64,000 bases of DNA from Setoptus koraiensis (lineage: Eukaryota; Animalia; Arthropoda), in contig CM106585.1 in the NCBI GenBank assembly GCA_048013815.1, positions 12,152,001 through 12,216,000 of the forward strand, written 5' to 3'. The translations under genes and the position numbers were made by a program. This document shows positions 35,490 through 45,627 of the stretch, piece after piece. Each line of letters starts with the position of its first letter. Within the stretch, counting starts at the first letter, position 1. The notes below the pieces were generated by a model, which saw only the letters and a list, made by a program, of their open reading frames with translations, did not search any database and was not told the origin of the DNA.

Positions 35490-38400
35490 CAGTTCAAGTT
35501 GCGCTCACGAATATGATTTTGTTGTATCGAGCCGATGCGACAACAACGACACCGACGACCATGTCACTGACTTTCCAGTCATGACCTTACCCCACCAATC
35601 TTCTTTGGCGCGCTCCCTCTCAATGCCAACTAGCTTGCTAAATGTTTTGCCAATGATAGAAAACTGGCTGCAGTACGACACCATAAACGTCTTCGAGGTT
35701 CCAAGTTTGAACTGGCTATTTGGGTCGGTCAGTCGATGGGTCGATGGATCGCGTACATACGCGCACGCATACACATGGACACTACCGATACAGCTAGAGA
35801 GGGGATTATATAATGAAATGGATTTGCAGAAAGAGAAAGTTCAATTTCTCACAGGCGCTGCACACACTGGCATGGAATCTGGTGCAACCGAAACCCGACT
35901 CTAGTGTGCATGGCCTGCTGGCGCCCGGCCAGAGACTGACCAGCTAAACTAACTAGCCGGCCAGAGGGGCCAGCTAAGGGGCCTATCGAAACGGCTCGGG
36001 CCTCTTGGGAAAGTGTCCGCCGGTGCGTCGCCGGGCTGTACACACTCGAAACCTGTGAGTCGTGTTCGTCATCAAGTGAGCGCCGGGTAACCCCATGTAA
36101 ATAATGTAGCAAAATTAATTAAACACAGTTATTGGTGGCGCTGCCAATTATGTCGCGTGGGCTGGCTGATTTGCGAAAGAAAAAACCACACACACACACA
36201 CACACGGCCTCAACTTTGTACTAATGGTGATATTAATAGGTCAGTGTACACCTAATCATTGAGGCTATTTTTTCATCACTGGTGTAGGGTGCATATGCAC
36301 CACTCGCGGCGACAAATCATCTTGTCCAATGGTGCACTGTGTAAACAGTTGGACATTTATATAGGAAGTTGCTATCGCTACTTTCTATATCCAACCAACA
36401 ATTGGTAAGCTGATCTGGGTTGCCTAGAACGTCAACACACAGCAGCTGCGTTTGCAAGTCGACTAACGTTTGACTCTCTCATTACATCGATGGCATGGCC
36501 TGCATTGTCGCCGCTACTTCATCAAATCAAGTATGCAAACATGCCGATCAGGTAATTGTGTCAAATTTAGAGGTTCAGTGATTGGGATTGTTACTCCATG
36601 TAAAACTGTGTTTCGATCTGCGTATCGGTGATGATTTATCGGCTGATAGAACAAGATTTCCGTCGTGCGCGTGACGCAATAAGAATCGATACAGAATATC
36701 AAAGTCTCCCACTAATAGAATTGATCTCAAACCGTTTAGACCTTTACAACTGTTACGTAATGGTCGCTAGCGAGCCTCCGAAACTGAACATGACACTGTA
36801 TGGTCAAAGACGCTGGCAAGTGGCCAGCAGTAGCAAACCATCCGGACACGTTTATCGTCTCGAGAAATGGGTTCGTTTATGTATCGCGTTGATATGACAG
36901 GGGCGAACCATGCATTTACATTACGATCGACACCACAATCACCAGGTTGTCCACTTAGAAATCAAACAAATGGTGACAATGCATTATTTGTAAAGTTGAG
37001 ATGCTACAAACTATAATCGTCACGCAATTACGGTTTCGTGTTGGAAAACGTTTGCCTCGTAGCGACCGTTCGTAGTTGTAAGCGTAAACACATTGTCGCT
37101 TCGACAACAAATGTTCAATTTTTGATTCTCAAAATCAGTGTCCCAACGACTACTTACAATTCCATATGACGTCACTATGACCATTAATTATCTCCCATCG
37201 AACCTGCTATAACTGTGTTCGAGTGAAGAAAAAGTTCAAATTGAAACCCCTCGACTATTGACGCATAAATATTCTCGGCAAGACAGTTTTAAGGTTTGCC
37301 GATTTCATGGAGCGCAAAAGTAGATGCACATCGGTGCACTGAATTTCCGACAGAGGTCCCACTGGATTGCAATTGGAGCGTTGTGATGAGTCGATCTTTC
37401 CATTCCTTTCCATGCTCAATGACACTTGAGCAGCGTCTATGCCTTTGTTAGCTCACGCAGCCCCAATTGACAGCGCTAGGCGCCCTCTCACACAAACAAT
37501 GAATTTTGTGTGACCAAAAAAAGAAGCATTTGCTCGCCAAGACCCCTCATTCTGAGGTATCTCTGTGGAGAGAGCGTTCACCGGCTCGTCCGCAAGGGGC
37601 CACAAACTGCACCGTTGGATAGTTTTCGAACTTGCTCTTGCAATAATTGGTGCCCCGCCTGCTAACGCCCGATCAACGGATCTATGAAGATGCGGAAAAT
37701 CCGGTGGATTGTCTGCACTGATTCGGAGATTGCCGGCGTTCCTCATACGTTTGTTTGAGACCGCAAGACCCGTCCGGCGGACAGCACTCTGTCGAATTAG
37801 CGCCGCAAGGGGGGAGGGGCTCCGCCAGTGCGTACCGCTAGCCGCACCCGCGCAACTGTGCACACGCACAATCTCTGTGCGCTCACATTTTATCCATACG
37901 GAAATTACAACCTGTGCGCGATGTGCACATGAACCGCTGAACGAAAGTTCAGTGCCAGTGCGATGGACAGTCGAATTTGTTTCGTACCCACTGTACTCGT
38001 TGTGGTAGTTGTGTGTTAGCACTGCCAGCGTTAGTCCAATGTCTCAATGGTGCAGCCTTGAGTCATGAATATGATGAGACTCGTGTCGGAGCGAATTACA
38101 GTGACCAATTATCTGTCTATATAATCATTTTTACAATTATTATTATCATTATTATTATTTTTTTTTTCTTCATCTCCCTCGTTGGGCCATATACGCTCCA
38201 GAGAGCCTTATCAAACATCTCTGTAGGTTTTAATTATCTATGGATAGACAGCTTCTCGCAGGGAAAATATCAAGCATTGAAAACATCATTTATCAATCAA
38301 GTGACAAGTAATTTTTAGATTCAGCAACATTTGAGGAATGTGTCGATCTAGCCAATAAACATTCTTTGTTTTGATATCTGCTCATTATTTATTATGTTTA

Positions 38401-38614
38401 AATCTCATCTATAATGATAAACAAAGGATATCTTAGTTAGTGGCATTTTACGAACGAGCGAAATTCTCCATGTTAATGGTGACACTGAATTTAGGTTTAT
38501 AAATTAACAACAACAATACTATTGACTAGTATATATACAACATTACATATTGACAGTATACACCTTAAGCGTAATTAGCCAACGCCAACAACAGCCAACA
38601 ATCAGACATCAACT

Positions 38615-39700
38615 ATGGCCTCGCCTAGATACAATTCCCACAATTTTAGCCCGTCCAGTCCATCGTACGCGAAAAGTCCCGATTACGGACCAACTTCTAT
38701 TCACTATTCGAGGCAGCAATATCCAAAATCAAACTCATCATCAAACAGAGAAAAATCTAGGGATCCACACAACTCACAAGCGGGCGACACCAGGCTCACC
38801 TCGTCCAGGTCAGCCTCTCCACAAATTAAAAGGATTAGATTGACGCATGATGATTTGACAAAACTTGATAAAGAACAATTGATAGCCAAATGGTTACAAC
38901 AAGAATCCTTTATTGATGCATTAGAGAACATGATAGACGATGTGACACGACAATCTGAACAATTGCAGCATAGTCTCGAAAGCTGTGAACTCAGATATAA
39001 ACGAAAACAGCTAGAAACTGCCAGAAGGGAAAATAGTCTGCATATGAAATTGTCTATTAAAGAGAAAAAATTACAACAAATCCAAGATCAACTAGACAAT
39101 ATAAACAAGGTCCAATTGCCCACACCTCATCAGCTTGAGTCTACCCTAATAGATCCGGCTATTAATCTCATGTTCGAAAAAATGAAATACGAGGTGGAGA
39201 CTGCAAAGAATAGGGCTGAAGAAATGCAAAATGAACTTAGCGCATGGAAATTCACCCCAGATAGTAACACTGGAAAAAGATTGATGGCCAAATGTAGGCT
39301 GCTGCACAATGAAAATGAAGAGCTCGGTAAAGACATATCATCAGGTTGGGTGGCACAACTAACCGGCAACCTGGCCCTACAAAAGAAATTCTCTGAAGAA
39401 ATGAAAAAAAGTCAATCAGAGCTTGATGAATTTCTACTAGAACTCGAGGAGGAGGTGGAGGGCATGCAAAACACCATCTATTATCTACAGCAACAGCTAC
39501 GTGAGGCTCGAGGTGATAAAAAACAGACTGATAGTGTCAATTTGAACGCATCAGAAACCGTAGATAAGGAGACCGCAGGCGGATCGCTTATATCATCCAT
39601 AAAGGAAGAAGTTCCTGCCATTACAGGAGATTTACAAACAGTTAATGTCAAAAAAGAAGCCTTAGAGGAAGTAACAGATGATAAAAAAATCCGTTTTTGA
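38615..39700 (+). CDS. WTAP: WTAP / female-lethal(2)D, regulatory subunit of the m6A writer complex, intronless, 361 aa
   Basis: KRIRLT..LIAKW, ARRENSLHMKLS.KE, TLIDPAINLMF, ELSAWKFTPDSNTGKRLMAKCRLLHNENEELG, ELDEFLLELEEEVEGMQNTIYYLQQQL. Confidence 0.93.
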   Translation: MASPRYNSHNFSPSSPSYAKSPDYGPTSIHYSRQQYPKSNSSSNREKSRDPHNSQAGDTRLTSSRSASPQIKRIRLTHDDLTKLDKEQLIAKWLQQESFIDALENMIDDVTRQSEQLQHSLESCELRYKRKQLETARRENSLHMKLSIKEKKLQQIQDQLDNINKVQLPTPHQLESTLIDPAINLMFEKMKYEVETAKNRAEEMQNELSAWKFTPDSNTGKRLMAKCRLLHNENEELGKDISSGWVAQLTGNLALQKKFSEEMKKSQSELDEFLLELEEEVEGMQNTIYYLQQQLREARGDKKQTDSVNLNASETVDKETAGGSLISSIKEEVPAITGDLQTVNVKKEALEEVTDDKKIRF

Positions 39701-39769
39701 CTTGTCTTGTATGAATTTAAGGCAATCAGCTTTGGTTTTATCACAGAGGTATTTTATGATGCAATCTTA

Positions 39770-40936
39770 TTAAAGACTATCATATTCTTTATTGACAGCA
39801 CAAATATGTAAAAAATTATCTGGATAGCTCATATGCTCACTTAACCATTGGAGTGGGGTGTTAAAATCTATCTCTATCCCGTGAAGGATAAATCGATACT
39901 TCAGTGACTTTATATCGATGATCTCTTGCTCAGAGGCCACCTCACTCATAGAAACTTCTCTATCTGTACTGTCGCTTTCCGACCGCTGAGAAGTTGATTT
40001 CTCTACTTGTTTATTATTTAGATTGTCATCCGAATCAGTCTTCTTTACTGGGCTTGTTTCATCTGCTTTCTTTTGAGGACTAAGTCGCTCCTTGGATATA
40101 TCAGACTTTATGCCAGATGTAACGAGAAGGTCATCAATGCGATCGCTAAAGCATAGTTTAATAAGATCTAACATGGTTGTAGGTCGGTGAGTCGGGTTGT
40201 CTGCCAGCTGATCGTTTAGATACTGATGACTACATTTATATGTTATTGGCGCTTCTTTAATATTACCTTGTGTTGTCAGCTGCGGGCGAAGTATTAAAGA
40301 TTCTTTCTCATTGGTGCAGGATTTGATGACTTTTTGTATAAAAGTAGAGTCAGGAAAGTATAATCTGAATGGAATATACCTGAAAGGTTCATTATTAGTT
40401 TTTTCCATGAGCTTCTTATTTATGGCCCAAAATTGTTCGTATTTGTCATTGGACAAACTAGACCAAAGTTGATTATGTTCTTTTTTCTGCATACTACCCA
40501 TTATTTGGCTTTTGTGCTTCAAGGCATCTGCCTCTTTAATAGTGGACATAAAATGTGATTCAACGGCGGCCTTGTTGTTGCAACGAATCAGCTCCTCTAT
40601 GGGAAAATCTTGGAAGTGTAATATTAGTTTCCAAGGTAAATCGTTGGGATTGCCAAATAGATCCCAAGATAGTCCAATCGGGTGATGCCATCTGATTGGC
40701 TGGCCATCGTAGTCTATCCACAGATCATTGGTCGATTGCTTTGATTGATTGATGAACCTGTAGAAATACTTGACAACCTTGTCGATGACCAGAGGGAAAT
40801 ATGTGACCCTGGAGACCATCATGAAGTAAGGATCTGGCTCGTCCATTCCGTCGACATCGTCGGAATGCAAACTAAAACGCAGCGGTAGCTTGCCATTCCA
40901 TAGATCCCTCAATATTTCCTTATTCATGTAGTTCAT
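39770..40936 (-). CDS. ATG5: Autophagy protein ATG5, intronless, 388 aa with inserts
   Basis: LWNGKLP, PYFMMVSRVTYFPL, IRWHHPIGLSWD, IKEADALKH (includes the ATG12-conjugation Lys), RYIPFRLY, LHGIE..TPLQWLSEHMSYPDNFLHI. Confidence 0.95.
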   Translation of the reverse strand: MNYMNKEILRDLWNGKLPLRFSLHSDDVDGMDEPDPYFMMVSRVTYFPLVIDKVVKYFYRFINQSKQSTNDLWIDYDGQPIRWHHPIGLSWDLFGNPNDLPWKLILHFQDFPIEELIRCNNKAAVESHFMSTIKEADALKHKSQIMGSMQKKEHNQLWSSLSNDKYEQFWAINKKLMEKTNNEPFRYIPFRLYFPDSTFIQKVIKSCTNEKESLILRPQLTTQGNIKEAPITYKCSHQYLNDQLADNPTHRPTTMLDLIKLCFSDRIDDLLVTSGIKSDISKERLSPQKKADETSPVKKTDSDDNLNNKQVEKSTSQRSESDSTDREVSMSEVASEQEIIDIKSLKYRFILHGIEIDFNTPLQWLSEHMSYPDNFLHICAVNKEYDSL

Positions 40937-42736
40937 AACAGTGGCAAATGAGGGGTGCTTTGATATTGATGAATTAGTGACGATAAAATGATAGTGGGCC
41001 AGAAAATAGAGCTATATGGTGGGTGCAGTGTATTGTCCTGATTTGGCCGGGAATACAATCGACTGTATCCTAGTCAGTAGAGAGTATATATTTTTGAGTG
41101 TGTGTGCGCCGCTTGTCCAAGATACACGGTGTGTGAAGATCTAAAATCTGAAATCTGAGAGATGGAGTTTGATTTTTTTTTTCACCTGTGCAGTTGGTTG
41201 AGCCAATATTGATATGCTCGCTGGAAATCGGCCAATGTCCGTGGGCCCAGTTGAATAAAAAGACGCCAGGGGCGCTAGCGTCAGCCTGAAAATGCACCGA
41301 TAAAACTGAGGTGTCTCGATAAATGTTGCCTTTTTTCTTCTTTTCTTCTTGTTGATTTGTTTTTCTATTGCTCATTCGATCTCACGCACTAATAATGCGT
41401 ATACGAATAGCGACCTCGAGCGGTTTTTGCTTGAACTACAGCCAAATACATTGGCAGATTTCCACCCAGTACAGTGTGCGTTTTCGCCAGTGGCTTTTCT
41501 CGTGTTTCATTTTTTTCCCACCAGGGGCGCAGCAGGCGGGCACAGCCAAGCACGGAGTGTGTCAGATGCAAGCCCATCACCGATGCATCCTCACTACTTC
41601 TGACCCAACAAGGTGAGTCCCCTTGGTTCATCTCCCTCACTCTGTCTTGGCGTTCACCTGGCCGCTCTCAAGTGGACCATTTTCGGCAAGGCGAACTGGC
41701 GATGCGGGATAAACCGAAAGTGAAGTTACAGTTGCTGATACCTAGACAGAGATAAACAAATTGTCTATACTACACCCAGGAGATCACATGAATGGTGCGA
41801 GTTGCTAAGAGAATGCGGCCACGGAAGTGGGATTCATATTTTCGACAACCGTCGGCCAATTGGGATATACTGACGCAGCTGAGTTGCAGCGATAAAGTAA
41901 CCGCACAACTTGGTGTCAGCAGAATGATGGCCACACTAACAGCTCGATTCTCTTTACACTGTATCATTAATAAAGTATCAAAACTATTGATTCAAAAGTA
42001 GTAGTACGAGTGGTGCTCGTGGCGAATAGTTTACGCGATGTTTTGCGATTCTGCGGAACTGGTTAGTTGAATTGAAACTTCCAATTTTAAAGAGAGATGC
42101 AGTCAACGATTTTGTCTGTATGGATATGTCCGCGCATGGACATGTGAATATTAGCGTTACATTTGTGCTGCGCGTGGCGCCGCGTAGCGGTCGATCCCGA
42201 AACACTTTGTTCTTTGTTCAGTTTGACAGTGTGCTGGTTGCGCACAAAAGCAAGCAACGACCGTGCACACTCACATTTGCACATTGGTAGCGCAAAATTT
42301 CATATTGATCGACAAGCGAATGTTCGCACGAACGGCCGACAGAACCAATAGAAGGCATTGCGGCCAGAGTGTGCGTGTGTGTGTGTGTGTGAGTTTGTGA
42401 AGAGAAGAGAAATCAATCAATGCTCGAGCGGGTATTTTTCTGCATCGTCAGTAGCATAGAGAGTATATAGAGTACGTGCATAATTAATTACTGAATTATT
42501 CTAATTGCTGTTATTATTTCATTTTAATCAATTCGAGCTATCGCCATGCTGTGATCGATTGCCGAACAAGCACGCAGTTGTATTTATCCGCTTGAGCTTA
42601 TATTACCAGCGACCATCGTTCATCTGAAGACTGGACATTGAGCAGCATCGAGTAACCAGCGGCCAGGGCCAGCAAAGTTGACCAGAAAATAGCCTGAGAA
42701 TATTGTTGATTAGCCACACCAGAGAGAGAAAGAGAG

Positions 42737-45238
42737 ATGGAACCCTCGAGCAACGTCGTCCAGGCATCGTCCGGGGCCGCTGCTAACGTTGCCACTGCCA
42801 TTGCGTCTATCACACCATCCACAACAAATGGCGTCGCTCCGCCCCCGCTCACCAGGGCCACGGCCAGAGCCGTTCAAGACGCCCAGGGCATCATTGACAT
42901 CAACTATATTGACGAACCACAGGGCCTTGCTGGTGGGGCGAAAAAATCTCGGCTCAGTGAGCACAAAATGAGCGAAGACGAATACAATGCTTTTGAGGAT
43001 ATAGCCAAAACAGATAATATTGAAAACTATAATGCCTATCTGTATATTAGAAATCGTATCCTAGAAAGATGGTTCGATAATGTCCGCATTGAGCTCACCC
43101 CAGAGGCGGCACTGTCATCGCTCAAGCCACCTTATAACGAATACAAGAAACTCGCTCGTCGCGTATACTATTTTCTTGATCGCACAGGCAGAATAAATTA
43201 CGGCCTCATAGATAATCAATTCCTTAATCAATCTCACATTGTGTGCGAAGAAATTCCAAGACCGACCCCTATTCCCATCCAGAACCTGACGCCGCCGCTT
43301 GCCGACCCTAACAAGAAACACCTGGGTCGTGTCATAATCATAGGCGCCGGCTTAAGTGGACTCACAGCGGCTAGGCAACTGAAAAGATTTGGCATGGATG
43401 TAATCGTCTTAGAGGCCAGAGACAGAACAGGCGGTAGAGTGCATACATACAGAAAAAACAATTTTATTGCTGATCTAGGACCCAGTTGCTTACATGGTGT
43501 TACAGGTAATCCAGTGGTGACCATAGGAAAGCAGCTCGAATTACTAGTCATGCAATTAATTCAAAAATTCCCCATTTACGAACATAAAGTACCCACCAAA
43601 GAGAGTGGCCTCAATCCACCATGTCATATCCTAAATTCATACGAAGAAGATTCCATACAAAGGGAGTACGATAAAATGATGGAGGGCACCAAAGTCATTA
43701 GCACCCATTATGGGGTTCGCTCTTATCAAGATAAGCCTCTTGCTCTTGGTATGGCTATCAATTGGATGATTAAATTGCAAGAGAAGAATGTCAAAAGAGA
43801 ACAAGTTAAATATCTCACAACTATCGAGGAGTTGTATAAGAAACTTATAGAAAACGCCAACAAAAAACTGGAATTTGCCCGCACAATTAAAGATCTACAC
43901 CATAGTCTACATCATATTCTAAAAGAATCAAATGAAGGTAGCAATCATAAGGACAAAGATATTATTGATGTATTCGCCAAACGCTGTAAAGCTCGAGATC
44001 TCGATATAGCGGTGCGTAAATTTCAAGTTTTAGTAGATCAAGAAAAAGAAATAGAGGAGAAAATTCTTGAATTAACTAAGAGCCCCCCTAGCGATATTTA
44101 TTTATCAAACAGAGACAGGCGAGTATTAGACTGGCACTTTGCTGAACTTGAATACGCCCTTGGATGTCCAATGAACAAATTAAGCATGGATTATGACGAC
44201 GACGAAGAGTTATTTCCAGGTTCACTCTGGTTGTTTGTTCATGGATTTAATACGATAACGTCTGCCATGTCTCAAGATTTGGATATTAGGTTGAATTGTG
44301 CAGTAGAATCTATTAACATAAGAGATAATATGTGCAGAGTTGTCACATACGACCCAAGAAAAATCAATGGAGAACGGACAACATATACTGGAGACGTGGT
44401 GATATGCACATTACCGATAGGTGTTCTTAAAGAGTCAGTCAAAGAGCAATATAGTCAAGTTGCTGTTAAAAACAAGAATATAGTGGAATTCAGTCCACCA
44501 TTGCCTCAATGGAAAACAGACTCAATTACTCGTCTAGGATCGGGTAATTTGAACAAAGTTGTGCTATGCTTCGATAAAGTATTTTGGAACTCGAACTTAC
44601 ACCTATTCGGAACGGTTAGTCAAGCCGCGAAATACCGAGGTGAGTTTTTCCTCTTCTGGCACTACACCAAAGCACCAGTTCTAACTGCTTTGATATCAGG
44701 AGATGCCGCTGATAACATAGAAGATCTTAGCGATCAAGCTATTGTGGACAAATGTTTAGCACTTTTGAGAGGAATATTTGGCAAGATACCACAACACGAT
44801 GATTGCATTATCACTCGATGGCGCAAGGACCAATGGTCTAAGGGAGCATGGTCATATCTCGAAGCCGGATCAAGTGGTGATGATTTCGATACACTTTCGT
44901 ACCCTGTTAGATACGAAACAGAAGAAATTGAACGGGCTATTCAGTTTAAAAAAGCACCGCAACAAGGACCGCTCATAATCAATCAAGAGAAACCCTCTTC
45001 CGACGACACGTTCCAATCTGGGGTTCCTTTTGGCACTCCTGTACCGAGATTATTTTTTGCTGGTGAGCACACCCTAAGAAACCACTCTGCCACAGCTCAT
45101 GGAGCAATCATGTCCGGTTTGAGGGAGGCCTGTAAAGTAGCTAATTGCTTTCTGGGATGTCCTTATAATTTAAATTCATTTGAAGGTCTCGATGATAGTG
45201 ATTATGATGATTATGATGATGATGAACAAGTGACTTAA
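42737..45238 (+). CDS. KDM1A: Lysine-specific histone demethylase 1 (LSD1/KDM1A), intronless, 833 aa
   Basis: SWIRM domain (YLYIRNRILERW..FLDRTGRINYG), FAD-binding GAGLSG and EARDRTGGRV, Tower coiled coil, GNLNKVVLCF, FFAGEHT, HGAIMSGLREA. Confidence 0.93.
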   Translation: MEPSSNVVQASSGAAANVATAIASITPSTTNGVAPPPLTRATARAVQDAQGIIDINYIDEPQGLAGGAKKSRLSEHKMSEDEYNAFEDIAKTDNIENYNAYLYIRNRILERWFDNVRIELTPEAALSSLKPPYNEYKKLARRVYYFLDRTGRINYGLIDNQFLNQSHIVCEEIPRPTPIPIQNLTPPLADPNKKHLGRVIIIGAGLSGLTAARQLKRFGMDVIVLEARDRTGGRVHTYRKNNFIADLGPSCLHGVTGNPVVTIGKQLELLVMQLIQKFPIYEHKVPTKESGLNPPCHILNSYEEDSIQREYDKMMEGTKVISTHYGVRSYQDKPLALGMAINWMIKLQEKNVKREQVKYLTTIEELYKKLIENANKKLEFARTIKDLHHSLHHILKESNEGSNHKDKDIIDVFAKRCKARDLDIAVRKFQVLVDQEKEIEEKILELTKSPPSDIYLSNRDRRVLDWHFAELEYALGCPMNKLSMDYDDDEELFPGSLWLFVHGFNTITSAMSQDLDIRLNCAVESINIRDNMCRVVTYDPRKINGERTTYTGDVVICTLPIGVLKESVKEQYSQVAVKNKNIVEFSPPLPQWKTDSITRLGSGNLNKVVLCFDKVFWNSNLHLFGTVSQAAKYRGEFFLFWHYTKAPVLTALISGDAADNIEDLSDQAIVDKCLALLRGIFGKIPQHDDCIITRWRKDQWSKGAWSYLEAGSSGDDFDTLSYPVRYETEEIERAIQFKKAPQQGPLIINQEKPSSDDTFQSGVPFGTPVPRLFFAGEHTLRNHSATAHGAIMSGLREACKVANCFLGCPYNLNSFEGLDDSDYDDYDDDEQVT

Positions 45239-45627
45239 TGAACAAATTCATATGATCAATTTTCCTCTGATGCTGTTACCAGCATAACAAAAAATTGTAA
45301 TATACTCATGTAAGATATTTCATAAATGAAAGTTTAACTTATAGTTATAACTAGAGAGAAAGGGCTAGTTTGTTTATTGTGACTTGTTGATTGTTTTTGT
45401 CTTCCAGATATAGGATATATATACATTGCAGAAACGTTGTGAAATCAAACTTTCAGGATCTTGATGATCGACGCAATTGTGACGATGAGCGTTGATGATC
45501 TGATGTAAAATCAGATGGCAAATACGACGGCCTCATGGCGACAATCATTATATTAGATTTCTTCTTCTTGGGAGGAAATTGCATGTTAGATCGTCATGAC
45601 ACTATTGATAGTATAAATTTGAGATGA

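Noticed and set aside
35365-38318. Long track ORFs of 179 aa (35365+), 189 aa (37453-) and 113 aa (37977+)
   Set aside because: They use non-ATG starts or repeat-derived runs (poly-L, poly-I) and have no recognisable domains.
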